Shown here: positions 36,624-50,447 of the stretch, piece by piece
Position numbering within the stretch: position 1 is the first letter of the stretch
Layout of the letters: each line of letters begins with the position of its first letter
NCBI GenBank assembly: GCA_021432655.1
Contig: MU271184.1
Location: forward strand, 62,001 to 126,000
Reading direction: 5' to 3'
Origin: Atractiella rhizophila
Lineage: Eukaryota
Length of the DNA stretch: 64,000 nt
Notes under the pieces: model-generated
Seen by the model: the letters and a program-made list of their open reading frames with translations, nothing else
What the model was told of the DNA's origin: nothing
Databases searched by the model: none
Position numbers and translations under genes: made by a program

Positions 36624-38441
36624 TTGGTGGGCACTATGGGAACTGCCTCGTGCCTATCGTCAGACATGTATCGAAATGATTTGAAGAAAGTAGGAGACCG
36701 TGCGAAGGCTAGAGGGATAGAACTGGAGCTAGGGGAGTTCTTTGTGAGAGACGAGAAGGGGAGAGAGAGAGATACGGGAGCGGAGGAACAGACGGAAGAA
36801 AGAGAGAATGAAGGAAGGAAGGTGGAACATCCATTCTCACCGGGTCACTTTGATGAAGAAAGGTCTGAGTTACCACCTGAAAGCCCAAATGAAATCGTTG
36901 AATGACAGATGGGGCACTCTCATGGTCGTACGAAGGCAGGGCTACTGGCTCAGACAGTGATTTCGAAAATTCTCATGACCCTTTTAATTCTCATTCTCAT
37001 TCGTTATTTTCCAAAAATTCAGTTTTTATCATCCAACAAAACCATCACCAAAGAGGAACAGTCTCTCATTCCTTCATGAATTCAGACGATAGGAAAGCAG
37101 ACATTATTTTAATACAAGAACCTCCCACCACTCTTCCAGACAGCGGAAGCCTTATTATATATCCAGGATACAAATGTATTGCCTCAAAAAAAGTGAAAAC
37201 ATCAGACTCTAGGTCAGAAGTTTCACGATCAATTATCCTCATCAACAGAAATTCTTTCTCGGGCGAAACCTTTGTTGAACTTCCGAACCAATATTATGAC
37301 ATCTCCGCTGTCCTTTTAATGTTCCCAGGAGGGAAGAGATTTCTAATCATTAATGTGTATAACGCTGGGGGGAACTCCAAGACAATAGATGACATAGCTA
37401 CCCTCATTGAAGAATCCAAAGTAACTGGTCTTTTGAGAGAAGAAGATCTAATATTTGTGGGTGGTGATTTTAACTTGCATCACAGGGAGTGGAACCCACC
37501 TGGTACACTTGCTCAGATGGCAATGCAGACTACCTATTAGAGGTATTCGAAGAACTGGGACTCTCCTTAAGATCTCAACCTGGTATTCCTACATACATAA
37601 ATGCCATGGGCCACGAGACGACGATTGATCTCATATTCACTACCGAACGAACCAATGAGTACAATACATGCTGCCTTACTGACCGAGGGGGAGACAGTCA
37701 CAATTCGGACCACTACAAGCTGGTGACTAGGTTGTCCTTGATTCCACCCGCCTTCGATCCAAATCCCCGTTACAACTACCAAAGGCCAACTGGGAAGCGG
37801 TAAGGGAGTTTCTACAGAAGTCTGATAAATTAGCAAACTTCCCGAGGGATAGGGACGAACTGGCTACACAAGAGGATATCGACAAAGGGGTGGAACTCCT
37901 CATGGCTGTTCTACTGGAGGCCATGGCACTACTCCCCAGAATGTCAAGCAACCAACCGACAAAGAGATGGTGGACCGAACAACTCGCAGAGAAAAGGAAA
38001 ACAGTCAACAAGCTTAGAAATCACTTTTTGAGCAAGCAAAGGAATGGGAACCAGGAAGCAAAAGAGGAAGCACGATCTCTCTGGCGTAAAGCTGCTAACC
38101 AGTTTCACGCTGATATCAGAACAGCGAAGACACAACACTTCGAGGATTTCCTGGCAGACCTGGACCAGCACTCTATTTGGACTGCCCATCGGTATGGAAA
38201 GAGGGAGGACCGGTGTCGAGACATACCTCCCCTGCGGAAGGATGCAACTGATGACCGCCCCAACAACGCCGTGTCCTCCCCAGCAGACAAAGCCTCTCTT
38301 CTCCACGCTAACTTTAACCCCATTGCTCAAAGCTGCGATCTTTCCGACATCCCCTGCATCCAATACTCACCTCCTTTCCCATCCCATCCGCTTAAGATAG
38401 AGGAAATTGATGAAGCTATAGACAGAATCAAGATATCTTAA
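36624..38441 (+). mobile_element. Tad1-like LINE fragment: probable end of ORF1 plus ORF2 AP-endonuclease and linker, truncated before RT
   Basis: Motifs QQN, IILIQEP, INVYN, GGDFNLHH..W, TTIDL, SDH and WWT; frameshifts at ~37500 and ~37790. Confidence 0.88.
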
Positions 38442-40486
38442 ACATTGAATTCACAGAAGGATGATCTGCGAACAGAGTCAATCACACTCTTCCATCTCAT
38501 TACCCCAGTATCATTGAAACATGGCACTCCTTTCCACCTCTCCATCCTTCCCTCTTTCCTACCTCCATCAATTCACATGCTCCGGATCACATTTGTCTTG
38601 CCTCTTGAATTCTGGACGGAGTCTTATGGACCGTCATAATCATCCTACTTCTCTCTGGGAGGTCTCAAAAATAAAGTCGAACCCGACGGTGCAGTGATTC
38701 TTTGCATTGCATTGGAGGAGGAAAGTATTGTGGTAACTTTTGAGGATTCCAAACATCATGCACCTGTGGATTTGGACGACCTGGACAAATCCTTTGGACA
38801 AATCCTTTCTCTCATCTTTGAGTTCTTATCATTCAATAAAGACCAAAGTCCCATCAATAGCCTTGATCACTATAAAGAACGTCTTGTTTCCTTCCAGTGA
38901 CTTTCTGCTGTCTGTCAGCTCTGGAAGTCTGTTTCAGTCCCCTATTTTCGTCGTTATATTTCTATGAAGGAGAGGCATGCTCGTTTGAAACAATATTCTT
39001 ATGTTATACGTTTATAGACGGACCTCTAGTTTAAAAGAAGGTTTTATAATGATGACAGTGCAGAGATGGCAAAAGATATCATTAGGGCTTGCCGAATGTT
39101 ACATTCGTAACAATGGATGCATTTTGGAATGAAGAGGAGGCAAAAATTGTGTTGCATGTGATTGAGGGCCTGACGAAGTTGGATGAGGTAATCTTCAACA
39201 GGCAAGGTTCGAGAAAGTGGAAGAAGGATGAGGTCGAGAATTTATATGGAGGATGAGTGACAGGATCAGAGTCTTCCGTGCTTACGACGTGGAGGACTCT
39301 GGCCTGTCAACACCTCCGGGTCATCTGACCTCAAACACCTAGAGCTTCACCCGTATCCGCCTCTCCCATCACTCTCCCTCCCACATGCTCTCATGTATTT
39401 GGGTCTCTCCAATCTGTGTTCCCTCCCTCCGTCTCACGTTCATGTCTGCCGCCTCTTCTATGATATCTCAACATCACGCTCGGCCGCTACTCATCTGATG
39501 GAAAGACCTCCATCCTACCCACTCTGTTTGACCTATCGCACCTCGAACATCTCGCTACACTTGTCCTTGATGGCGGTGAGGAACCTTCAAGCCTCATTTC
39601 CCCCTGTTCTTCCACACCCTCAGAAATGCTGAAGCGATAGGTGGCATAGATGTTCATTACTATGTGGTGGACTGGGAATTCTCAGGGTTTGTATTCACAG
39701 GCTGGAGGAGGGGTGGATATGGTGGATGTGGCTGAAAAGGTGAAGAAGATAAGATGGGGCAATTTGAGGGTTCAGCTATTCTTTGGAGGGTGGCTTGAGG
39801 AAGAGATATGCAAGGGTTGGAGTATGTTGAGTAAGTTTGGTGTGAGCGAGAAGGATAATTTAAGATGGGTTGGGAGTGAGGAGGAGGACGCTGGAGATAC
39901 TCAGTTATTACTCACATTCTGGAGAAGACACAAGAAGAAGGTGCGCAGTTTGTAACGAGCGCCCAGGGACAATGGTGACAACTTTGGTTTTTTTGCTACA
40001 AAAGTGCAATATCATTCATAGATTTGAGAAATTTAAGGAACCATGACAACATATGTTTAGCTTGATTGTTTAGATGTTATTGTCAATTGGAATAGCTTAT
40101 TGGGTAACGATTATGAGAGCAATCAATACAGAAAGTAGGGCTAGGGATGAAGGTGGGACCAACATCCACAGGAGAGGGCAGAACCATCAGAGTCCAACAA
40201 AGTGGGACTCCAAAGCGAAATGAAGACGAAACACTCACAGTGTAGCTTCTCCCTTCTTGATATGTTCCTCTCAGACACTTCCAACAGCTCTTTGGCAGGT
40301 GCTCTAAGTGGTTTATAAGTGAAGGAATTGGTCGGGATTGTCCATCGCATCGTGCAGAGCTGTCATCTGCACTTCAGCCGTAGACTGAGGTTCTTTCTTG
40401 TGTTTTTTTCTATTCATTGCAATGTTGAGTCCTTATGTGGAATAAATTAGGATGGAATGTGGTCTTGGTGGCATGTTTTTGGTCGC

Positions 40487-40586
40487 TGTACGTGATTCTT
40501 AGTGGAAGGTTGTACGAGTTGCGAGTGGTGGTGGTGGTGGTGGTTGATCTCTATTGTTGCCTTTGTACGTACATTTAGCTACCACA
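40487..40586. repeat. ~100-bp solo-LTR-like repeat, copy 1
   Basis: TG...CA with a (GGT)n tract; homologous to 47563-47658 (inverted) and 48482-48584. Confidence 0.8.
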
Positions 40587-41125
40587 CGTGCTGACTCATG
40601 GAGAGCAAAGTCATTAGGGGTAAGAAGACTGGTCAGGAGAAACGAAATGATTAAATCCTTGAAAAACCGAACAGATACACGTAAAACCAAATGAACTATT
40701 AAAATTGAACTGAGAGTATTAAAGGCCTTTATCCTCTCTTCTCACATGGAAATGTTTCAGTCGTTGGGTGTGAAAATGGCCACCAAGGGCAACCCCTATG
40801 AGTGTCTCAAGGATCCATGATTATGCATTATCAGATTCCTCGCATTCCCCGTTCTCCTGCTTTCTTTTCCCAAACATGTTCACCTTCTTGCACTTGCGAA
40901 GTGAAAGGACATCAAATGATACCAAGACAAGTGGGGCTAGTTTGAGTATCGGGTGCAGGAGGAAATTTCGACTCAAGGGACCAAAGTGTTGGCATTCTGG
41001 GCATGAAAGCACAAATTCTGTGAGGTCTGCTTGTACAGTTGGCCAGTAGTAGCGTTGTTTGATGTGCCAGAGTGTCAGGTCTCGCCCTCCATGTCATTGA
41101 TTCTCATGAGTTGCTATGACTAGGC

Positions 41126-41605
41126 TAGAGATGCCAACAAGTAGGACTCACGAGTACGGGTACCCTTACTCACAAGTATCGATCAGCTTAAAGCCTGATT
41201 TGTAACTTGTTGTGATCTTTGACACAGGTACCCTTGTGCTAACTTAGACTCTACATGTCAACATAATTTTACAGTTTAGGCACATTAGTTTATATAGATG
41301 ACTTACTATACATTACTTATGGCTTAAACACCACTATTACTTGTATCTCAGAGCCAGATAGAGCCATTTTGAATGTGAAAAAGATCAAAAATTGATACAA
41401 AACTCTCTTTAACTCTTTCAAACGAATACCCTATGGGTACCTGCTATTTCAGGACATATGCTCATGAGTACTCTTAGGTACTTAGCAGGGAACACAAATG
41501 GATACCCCTGATGAAAATTTACCCTCTGTAGCTGATTTGTAACTTGTTGTGCATGGGTACCTGTGGCACAAATACCCATGAGTACCATACTCATTGACAT
41601 CTCTA
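41126..41605. mobile_element. hAT-type MITE (480 bp)
   Basis: TIRs TAGAGATGCCAA / TTGACATCTCTA with GGGTACC-type subterminal repeats; no matching 8-bp TSD. Confidence 0.7.
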
Positions 41606-43837
41606 TCCCCTTGCAGTCCTAACTGGCATAGGTCCCTTAGCCCAAATCGGTGTGAACAAGCTCAAGAACTTGGGAGCTTCTGCTGGTAGACAATTTTCGA
41701 AATGGATGGTGATATTGTTTTCCTTTGATGCAACTTTCACACATCTCAGGAAATCCTGTCTTGCTATCCATATGCATATCTTTAACCAGATCCTTTTGTA
41801 TAACCAAATCCAGTCTATCTTTCATAACCTTGTCCTCTATTGTTGCTGTGAATCAAATCTTTCTCTTTTTCGAGAACTTTATAAAGCTCTCGTGGATAAC
41901 AATTACATATTGTTTTAGGGAGAAGACTGAGAGGAGATCAATTTCAACTTCGGGACGTAGAGAACATTTCTGATAACTATTGGCTTTGTAGGTTGTTTGT
42001 TCGAACGGAAATATATTGATCCTTTTCTTTCGGAGTAGATGATGGTTCCATCTGCAAGTTTGATCAGAATGTGATGGTTCTGGTAATCATTCTGAATCCA
42101 ATGGCGATGAGGCGTCATAGGAGCTGTGGCTCCAGTGTCTACCGTCTATCTTACATCAGCCTTCTCCATCGCTCCATTCGCAAGCAACGCTCATACTCTG
42201 GCAGTCTTTCCAGCCTTCACCACCTTCAATTTTTCTTTATTTTCTTCCTTGGGGTCACCAGATGATGGTTCCTCCTTTGAACCACTAGCAACTTTTGCCT
42301 TTGCCATCCTTTTCTTTTCCCCTGATTCCTTTTTGAAGGTATCTGGGGCCTTCTTTCTGAAATGACACTCTGCTTCAGTTTGATTATTGCATCCACAGAA
42401 TGTGCAACCGATGCTTGTAGGAGGTTTATTCGATATAGTCGTAGGCAGCTTCTTCAAGGATGGCTGAACATGCATAGCTATTTCTGACTTCGCTTCTGAC
42501 CTCTTCTTTTCTCCTTCCTCTTTCCTAAACACATCTTCCACCTCTGTGATCGTAAGGTCTTCAGAACTAATTCGAAGAGTTGTGAGAAAGACTTGATATT
42601 CATCGTATGGAAGGGAACGGAGGAGGGTCATGATCGCAAGTTCATTATCCATCTTTGCCAAGGTATAACCAGTTGGACGAAGCTTTTGAATGAGACTGAT
42701 TTGTTCGTTGACTTTCGTAATGAGTTGTTCCATTGACATCTCTGCCATCTTGCGAATATCGAGAAGATCATCAAAAGCATTGAATCAAGCATCGCGTTCA
42801 GGCTTGACATGGATTTTTTTTAGCTTTTCCTAAACAAGCTTCAGATCTGTGAGGTCAGTGATGTAGTGTCGCTGACTATTCTCAATTGAAAGACGTAGAT
42901 ATCCCATGGCTGCTTCTTTTCACTCATCCCAATCTGTCTGTCTCTTCTCCACCTCAAGTTGCTTCTGATAATCGATACTCATAGGTTTTTCAGGAAGAGA
43001 ATGGTCTACAGGACGAGTTTCTGTCCCAAGAATGATTCTACCTGCTCGTTTCTTCTGGAGGAAGGCAAAGATTTCTTCAGACCATATTGCGTAGTTTGTA
43101 TCATTGAGTTTTTCAGAGACGAAGGTGAAAGCATAAGATATCTTGAGACTAATCTGTGGTTTATTGATAGGTTGTTTGGAATTAGATATACAGTTAGTAA
43201 CAACCTTAACAAGAACTCCAAAGTTGAGGGTTACTGCACTATTATAGGATGATTGATGTCCTTGCTTTGTGATAAAGCAGTCCAAAAGACTGTCTGACAA
43301 TATCACAAGAGCGTACTGTAAACAGAGGTCCCAAGAAGAAAGCCTATGGACTTCTTCCATGACTTGGTACGTAGCCTGGTGCAGAGACGTGTTTACAGTT
43401 TCCAAATGCAGCACTCCAACACAACTCCTTTATCCTTATCAAGATTTGATCACTCACTGTTGATAGTACCTTCAGCTCCTGGTCAGAATACGCCGATCCT
43501 GCTAGTCTATGGTATGCACCGATCCCCTACTGAAAATAATCTAATCTCCAACCACTGCTCCTTGTTGATAAGGTCCAAAGTCTGTTGTTAGGTGCGGGTG
43601 TAGGTGCGAGATAAGGGTTCTCTCCCGGCTAGAGTGTTGGGCTCGTAACCTGTTGAGACTAGGATTCTTCCTATCACACTGGGAAGCATACATTGCAGAA
43701 GAAACTCACCTAGGATTCTTCCTATCACATTGGAAAGCGTGAAGGGAAAAAATCCTTGTGAGGGGGTATATGTGTATTTTACATTGCGGGGCACTCATGT
43801 GACCATAGTTCTCATGGTTTGTCACTTATCTCCAACA
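41606..43837 (-). mobile_element. Copia LTR retrotransposon 5' half (LTR, PBS, gag, protease, integrase start), decayed
   Basis: LTR 43651-43837 (TGTTG..CAACA); PBS GGTTACGAGCCC at 43639-43650; motifs KLNDTNYAIW, CTFCGCNNQTEAEC, DTGAT, NVLYVPKL, CESCIKGKQ, LELVHTDL. Confidence 0.92.
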
Positions 43838-44813
43838 TTTCATACAACAGGCTGATAACGTTGTGCCTTGGTACTCTTTCGCGCAATTGGTCTGTACTCT
43901 GGTTCTGTTAGATGCAACAACCACTTGCATATGGGGTGAGGTGGGGGCCAGAAATCTTCGTCCAGTAGGTTGACTGTCAGTTGATGAGAACATGAACGGA
44001 ACAAAGGGTACATGTAGAGGATTGTAACAAAGAAGTGTGGGAATCTTCATAGATTGAAGACTGGTGGATAAGAAGAAATATTTTATTCTGAGGCTTATAC
44101 TTTTGTACGATTATTCGACACTCTGCTCCTGAATATTGTATGCTCGTTTCATGAAACGGTGATTTGGGGGTTTCATTTGATACTGAACTCTTGATAACCA
44201 GTGAAGTTAAACAATGCAAAAACCACAGTTATCAGGTACAACAGGAGCTCATGAACATACATGAACTTGCTGTCTGATAAGTTTATTGCATACAATTTGA
44301 CTTCGGGTGCCTTCACATACTGTGTTGACGCCAGAACCTTAACAGATCCAGATCCTTAACACCACATATTAATGTCCCTCAAAATTCGCTCCATTCCTTA
44401 GATATTCTGGATTCAAGATCTTCGTACCTGTGTGCAGATTTTGTCTCCAAACAGCGAGACCATTGCTTGTAATCTCTCAGAGATATCAATGAAAATGTAG
44501 TGTTTTATAAATCTGTGTTTTTCAACTACCTATTTGCAATTACTGGATTTTTTCTTCGCAATCTCAAGAATTAGGTCAAGTCTTTCATATTCCAAACAAG
44601 TTGCTGAAAGACAGCCTGTTGAAAGCAATTCAACTTGAGGAGGCGAAGTGCGCAAATTAGAGTTACAGTGCGTAGCATGACACACTTTTGGGTCACGTGC
44701 AAGCGGAACAACTGTGCAGTCTGTTTGAATGTCTTTGATTGTCTTCTTTCACGCAACGTGACCTTCCGTCTTTCCCTCACACTTTCCACCATCCTCCAAA
44801 TGCCTCTTGGAAG

Positions 44814-45893
44814 ATGAAAGGTGTGACAGGTGCTCAGGAGGTAGCTGCCCAGAAAGAAAAGGATTTTGTTGAGGCCGTACAAATTTATTTCGAAAGGAGA
44901 GAGGAGGCTAAGAGGACAAATAACCCGAAGTGTATCATCTCCTTCAGAGAGCTATCGCACCAGTACTCCTATCCAAATGGCATGGGAGGGATTGTTTACA
45001 TGAATTATGGTCCACTGAGGCTGTGGTGTCAAGGAGGCTTAAGTTGCACCGAAAGTCATGAGTATCAGAGGCTGCTCAGTGCTGGAGAAGAAGATGCCCT
45101 TGTCAGCTGGCTTCGATGGGTTGGTGATTCTGGCCTACCTCTTCACCGGAGAGCTATGGGATTTCTCTGCCTCCGCTTTTTATCTTCACCGGCAAGCGTT
45201 TTATGAAGAACTGGCTAGAGGGTTTGACAGAAGCACAAAAGAATGGCATTTTGTACTCCTTTTTGGTCTTCAGCTTAAGTGCATTCATGTATGCTCAGAA
45301 TATCAGAGAATGGATGGACGGATGAGGTGCTAGGCTATCTATGGTTCACACTGGTTTATGTCCCTTTTGTCAAAAGTCGACCTGATCCAAAGCGTCCTTG
45401 TCTTCTCATCCTTGACGGCCACGATTCCCATGCATTGGCACTCATTATTCGCTATGTCTGGGAAAACCTTCGCGACATTGTCAATATAATTTGTCTTCCT
45501 CCCCATACAACCCACAAATTGCAACCTCTCGACGTTGGTGTGTTTGGGCCGATTGGAAAAGCTTGGAGCGATGTGACGGATGATATGTTGGAGGATGGTC
45601 ATGAAGTCTCCAAGAGAAATCTTATCAAGAGGTACTTACAGTGTCGTGATGAAGGAATGAAGGCTTCAACAATTGTCAGTGCTTGGGCAGCTACCAGACT
45701 CTTAGTCCATGACCACTCTGGAAGGGAATTTGTGAGTCGAAATCACTTTGCGGAAGCCGACTTTGCTCCTGCCCATCAAACCTCGTCTAGAACACAGTTG
45801 CCAGATTGTATTCATCCGGACCTCGAACTTGCCCTCACCAGCTCATCCAGCCATTCTGACAACGATGACAACTCTGATCACCATCCAATCTAG
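44814..45893 (+). mobile_element. pogo/Fot1-like (Tc1/mariner, DDE_1) transposase, internally deleted
   Basis: CENP-B-like LLSAGEEDALVSW, ENGWTD, LLILDGHDSH and LPPHTTHKLQPLDVGVFGP; the first catalytic Asp motif is not seen. Confidence 0.88.
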
Positions 45894-46949
45894 AGGAACC
45901 TCCCACGATTGAGCATGGATTCTATCTCAACAACCTGCCTCCCTTACGAACAAGCAACTACTCCTGTTACACTTCCGGCCTGCCCCCTACATCGATCTGA
46001 ACCTCAAGCCAGCATTCCAGCACCCGACCCGCCACAACCTCCACTGACCGATCCCCCAGCTTGGAGCTTTCTAACAGTAACCCTGCACACTCCCATCAAT
46101 CCGGCTCACTTCTACCCAAAAAAACCTCGTACGGTCTTCCGTGATCAACACGGTAAGATCATCCAGCTATCCGTCAAAAGTGACTCCAGGCTGCTCTATG
46201 GAGCCTTGTCAGCTTTGGATAACGGACGCGCGAGGACTCAGTTTACTTACAGGACTCCTGAGACTCTTTCTCCCATCATGCAGGACACTTCAAGTTGGCA
46301 CTAAACACACAAAACTCAGGAACAGTCCAATATCTTGCTCTCTTTGACAGTGTGAGAGAGTTGAAGTGAGTGTTCACCAATGCAAACAAGGCTGGGTTCC
46401 CAGAAGCTTCTACATTCATTAAAGTTCTCTCAAGACTCTATCTCACATCCCGAAGGTGTATCAACGCTCTCAGGCTTCCCAGTACTATGTATTGATGTAT
46501 CAAATTAACGGTGGACATGCTGACATTCAGCACCCAATAGCTAAAAATAGTGAAGTGAAAGGTGCGAACTTTGAAGAGACACAAAAAAAAAACAGAATAT
46601 ACCCCAACCTTCCAGGTGATAGAAGAAGGAAGAAGGTGCTGACCGACAGAGAGAGGAAGGCTGCAGAATCAGCCACAATCGCATATGATTGGGATAAGAT
46701 ATACGGAGAGCACATTGATGGCATAGATAATTTGTTACATGATCGATCATCTGGATTTCTGAAGATGCTGAGTGGTTTGTTTAAGAGGTGGTTTCTTGTC
46801 AGTGAAGGAGAACAAATCAGGTTAATTGATGTGTGCATAGAACGACTACAATATCTCAGGAAAACAGTTTCCTGGATTAATGTGAAATGGCTGAGAGCCC
46901 ACATTTTCATCAGGATGCTGTTTTTGTTGGAGGCAGGGTCGTATCCTGG

Positions 46950-47880
46950 AGTGCCTACTGTTAGTAGCCAAACAAGATACCCTCTTGTCGGTGGCAAATC
47001 ATATCTGTTGACATTATAGGTCCTCTACCAATGAGCAGCTGATATAATGCTACCTTGGTTGTGATTGATCGTCTCTCTAAACACACACACTACATTCCCT
47101 CTATACACACAATGGACTCTGCAGGTTTGGCTCACATTTTTTGAGATCATGTTTGGAAACTCCATGGCCTGCCTGAAGAAATCATATTAGACAGAGGGTA
47201 AGAGTTTGTTAGGAGATTTATGATGGATCTGTACTCATTTCTTGGGATTTGTTGGACACCATTGACTGCCTATCACCCTCAGACAGATGAGCAGACTGAA
47301 AGAGTAAATCAAGACCCTGAGGCATTTTTTGTGTATTTTTGTCAACTATGGCCAAGATGATTGGGCTCAATGGGCCTTGCTCGCTAAGCTCTCCTACAAC
47401 AATCAGATACATTCTTCCACACAATACTCTCACTTTATGCTTGATTGTGGCCAACATCTCCGACTGCACTTTGAATCAGTAACATACATGACATTTCCAG
47501 CAGCAGACCAGTTTGTAAAGGATATGAAGGAGGCACAGGCACAGGCACAGTCAGTATTGAGGTGTGGTAGCTAAATGTACATATGAGGGCAAAAATAAAG
47601 GTCAATCACCACCACCACCACTCGCAACTCGTACAAACTCTCGCTAAGAACCGCTACAGAGAAAGGCAGCTGACGAGATGGCAAAGTTTTATGACCGGAA
47701 GAGATCACCTGCAACTTCCTACTACAATGGTGATTTAGTCTAGCTCAGTGCAAAGAATATCACAACAATGAGACCTGTCAAGAAACTCTCAGACAAGTGG
47801 TATGGACCTTTCAAGATTTTAAAGAAAATTGGTGACTGGAACGTCCAACTTAATCTCCCTGCACACTGGAGGATATATCT
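46950..47880 (+). mobile_element. Ty3/Gypsy integrase fragment
   Basis: Motifs ISVDIIGPLP, VVIDRLSK, HGLPEEIILDRG, TAYHPQTDEQTERVNQ and KKLSDKWYGPFKI; stops and frameshifts. Confidence 0.9.
47563..47658. repeat. 96-bp solo-LTR-like repeat, copy 2, inserted in the Gypsy integrase
   Basis: TGTGG...CTACA with flanks GAGG/GAGA; removal restores the integrase frame (SVLRKAADEMAKFYD). Confidence 0.8.
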
Positions 47881-48481
47881 AAGACCACGCCAAAGGTGCC
47901 ATTAATGACTTCCGCCACAAAATCCTACTCTCAAAGTGCCACCTTTTTCCAATTCGTCATTCTCACCGCACTCAAGGCAGTCACAACAACCCCACAAGAG
48001 TTAATGTTGTATGCTCCATTGCAAAGGATCTTTAACGCCCCTGGTGCCTTCTCCAATGGATAATGCAAGTTGGGCTAGAGAAGGCACTGGAGCATCTTTA
48101 ATGGTGGCAATATGTACATTGGTATATCTCCCCTGTGAAAACTATGGTCATGGCTTATAGGTCTTCCTTCCACATAAATACTTTACACCATACCCTAGCA
48201 CAATGCACATTTAATACTTCGACGCAAACCACAATACACTGTTGTGAACCCAAGCTCCTAGATCTCCTAGAGGCTTCCCATGGTCAGTAAGAAAGCGACA
48301 GTGATCGACCTTGTCTTTGGATATTTTCAGTACCTTTCAGATCCAGAAAATAGGAGGGTATTGTCAGGATCGCCCCCAGATTGCCTATTTTAGCCTATTT
48401 AGAGTCGTGGGCTCAATATATGTTTGTGTAGCTTTATTTTTCACATTTCTGTTTCCCCATCTCTTTGCCCTACTATCATGT

Positions 48482-48584
48482 TGTAGTTGTTCTTAGTGGG
48501 AGGTTGTACCAGTTGCGAGTGGTGGTAGTGGTGGTTGTAGTTGACTCTCTAATTTTGCCTTTGTACGTACATTTAGCTACCACA
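48482..48584. repeat. ~103-bp solo-LTR-like repeat, copy 3
   Basis: TGTAG...CCACA with flanks ATGT/ACGT. Sits in a putative larger LTR starting TGTCAGG at 48362 after a purine tract. Confidence 0.8.
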
Positions 48585-48749
48585 ACGTGACCTTTGCACC
48601 ATATCTTAGATGAAGTTAGAGTTATCGTGTTTGTAGCTGTGTAGCCCTTTATGTATATAGGCAAGAACAATGCCCCTGAGAGACCTAGGTTGTTCTCTCA
48701 GGATTTTTGCTTAGCATTGTCCTTGCAGTACATGATCTAATACACTTTC

Positions 48750-49450
48750 AAGTCGAATGAGACGGCCATGAGTGCATTCTGGGTGTTGCCGTTGCGATCT
48801 TGAAACCGTGGTTGATCTGCAGTCGGAACAACAGCTTTGATGTGCGTGCCGTCAAAAGCTCCAAGCACATCCTTGAAGAAAAGGATAGAATTTCGGATTA
48901 TCTTTGATCTCCGGAGGGACGGAGGTATTGTGATCGACTGCTTTCACATATTGCTTGTAGAGTGCAGGTTGAATCAGATGCTTGAGAACATCATGGAAAT
49001 GCCTAGGCACTTTATAACCCTGTCTCCTAGCTAGCAAAAGAAACATACCTATAAACCGTTTCTCCAGAATGCTGGAAGTGGCTTTGGACCGTTCAATTGC
49101 TAGCAGCTTTCCTAACCGTGTAAAGAAATATAGCGAGCTTTCGCCTGCCGTCACCCCGCGACTGTCCCTGAAACCAGTATGCTCCACCATCTTTTCCACC
49201 GGAGGTTGAAGACAAATCGGGAGACTCTGAGGTCATTTTTAATCACAGTAGGATTGGGATGAGTGATAAGGTAAAGATACCAGGCATGGCCTGTCAGAGA
49301 AGCTGTATGCTGAGGGATTTTGAGGAAATGAAGCTCGTAAAATTGAACAGTAGCGGCAACAAGGAGCAGGATGATTTGGCATGACTGAAGTCGCAGAGCT
49401 TGTTTTCAACGATGACGAAGGGCAGCGGAGGGAGGGTTGGCGCGAGTCAT
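48750..49450 (-). mobile_element. PIF/Harbinger transposase 5' fragment
   Basis: PPEIKDNPKFYPF, then FKDVLGAFDGTHI...RNG.TQNALMAVSFDL (DDE_Tnp_4-like first Asp region), frameshifted. Confidence 0.85.
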
Positions 49451-50447
49451 TGATTGTTGTAAAGGCGCGTCGCGCCTGCGGCCATCAGCAGCACTCGGAC
49501 TCAGGCCTCAGGTCCACAGATACTCACAGTCAAGTGCTTTGATGCAATTCATTTGATGTTTGGCAACGAATGATTTTGAAAATCTCAAATCACAAATGGA
49601 TTCCCAATTCAGGCAATTCACACGGAATTCGAATTCAGGCTGATTTGGCACCCAAACTGGCTCTGAAGAAATTGGTTGCACGCAGTTTGCGCACAACAGG
49701 ATTTTGGCAGTGACAAAATGTGACATGACTGAGAATCGAACCCACACCAACACCAATCGGTCGAGACTCAACTCTCAACCATACACCGACCACACCATCG
49801 CACGAACTCTTAACCTTCTAATCTTATTTGAGTAGGTAAGGAAATTTTTGTCAAAGTGCCGAAGTGAGTCACTGGACTCAGTCATGGAAGTGCTCAAAAG
49901 TACATGCGTGAGTCATGCTAAAAACCTGTCGTGCTTTATATAAGGACAAGTCTGTCATTGGCCCTCAGGCCCCTCAACCCACTCGCAAGGGGAATGGCCC
50001 CTTGAAACCTACAGATGTAAGAGTTCGAGTCCAGTATGAAACGCATTTTTCAATCCTTTCAGAATAAAATTTCCTTGTAAGTTCAGAAAGGGGCAAGCTT
50101 ATGGGATATGATGGTATAATACGTTTCATTCGATCGTGCATGGTGAGGAAGGTGTGAGGTCTCAAAAATGCGTCTTATGACTTATGCCAAGAACTGATGA
50201 ATCTTAGAGGATAGGAAGGAAAGGAAGGATAAGGAAAGGATTGCTATGATTACCCCATCTAACTGAGAATATTGTGACTAACTGCTAGTGAAAATTTAAC
50301 TCGTGCAGAGCTCAGTGCTACACAATGTAATGCAGTTATGTACGAGTATTTTACTAGGTCTACACTAACTGGTGTCGCACTTGGAAGGGGCTTCCTTCCC
50401 ACGAACAGCAAACACGGCGGTGTTGCTGCAGCCCCCTCATCCCTTAG

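Noticed and set aside
23067..38441. LINE ORF1 (23 kb) and LINE ORF2 (37 kb) as two halves of one element
   Set aside because: They are on opposite strands, 12 kb apart, with no shared junction or TSD.
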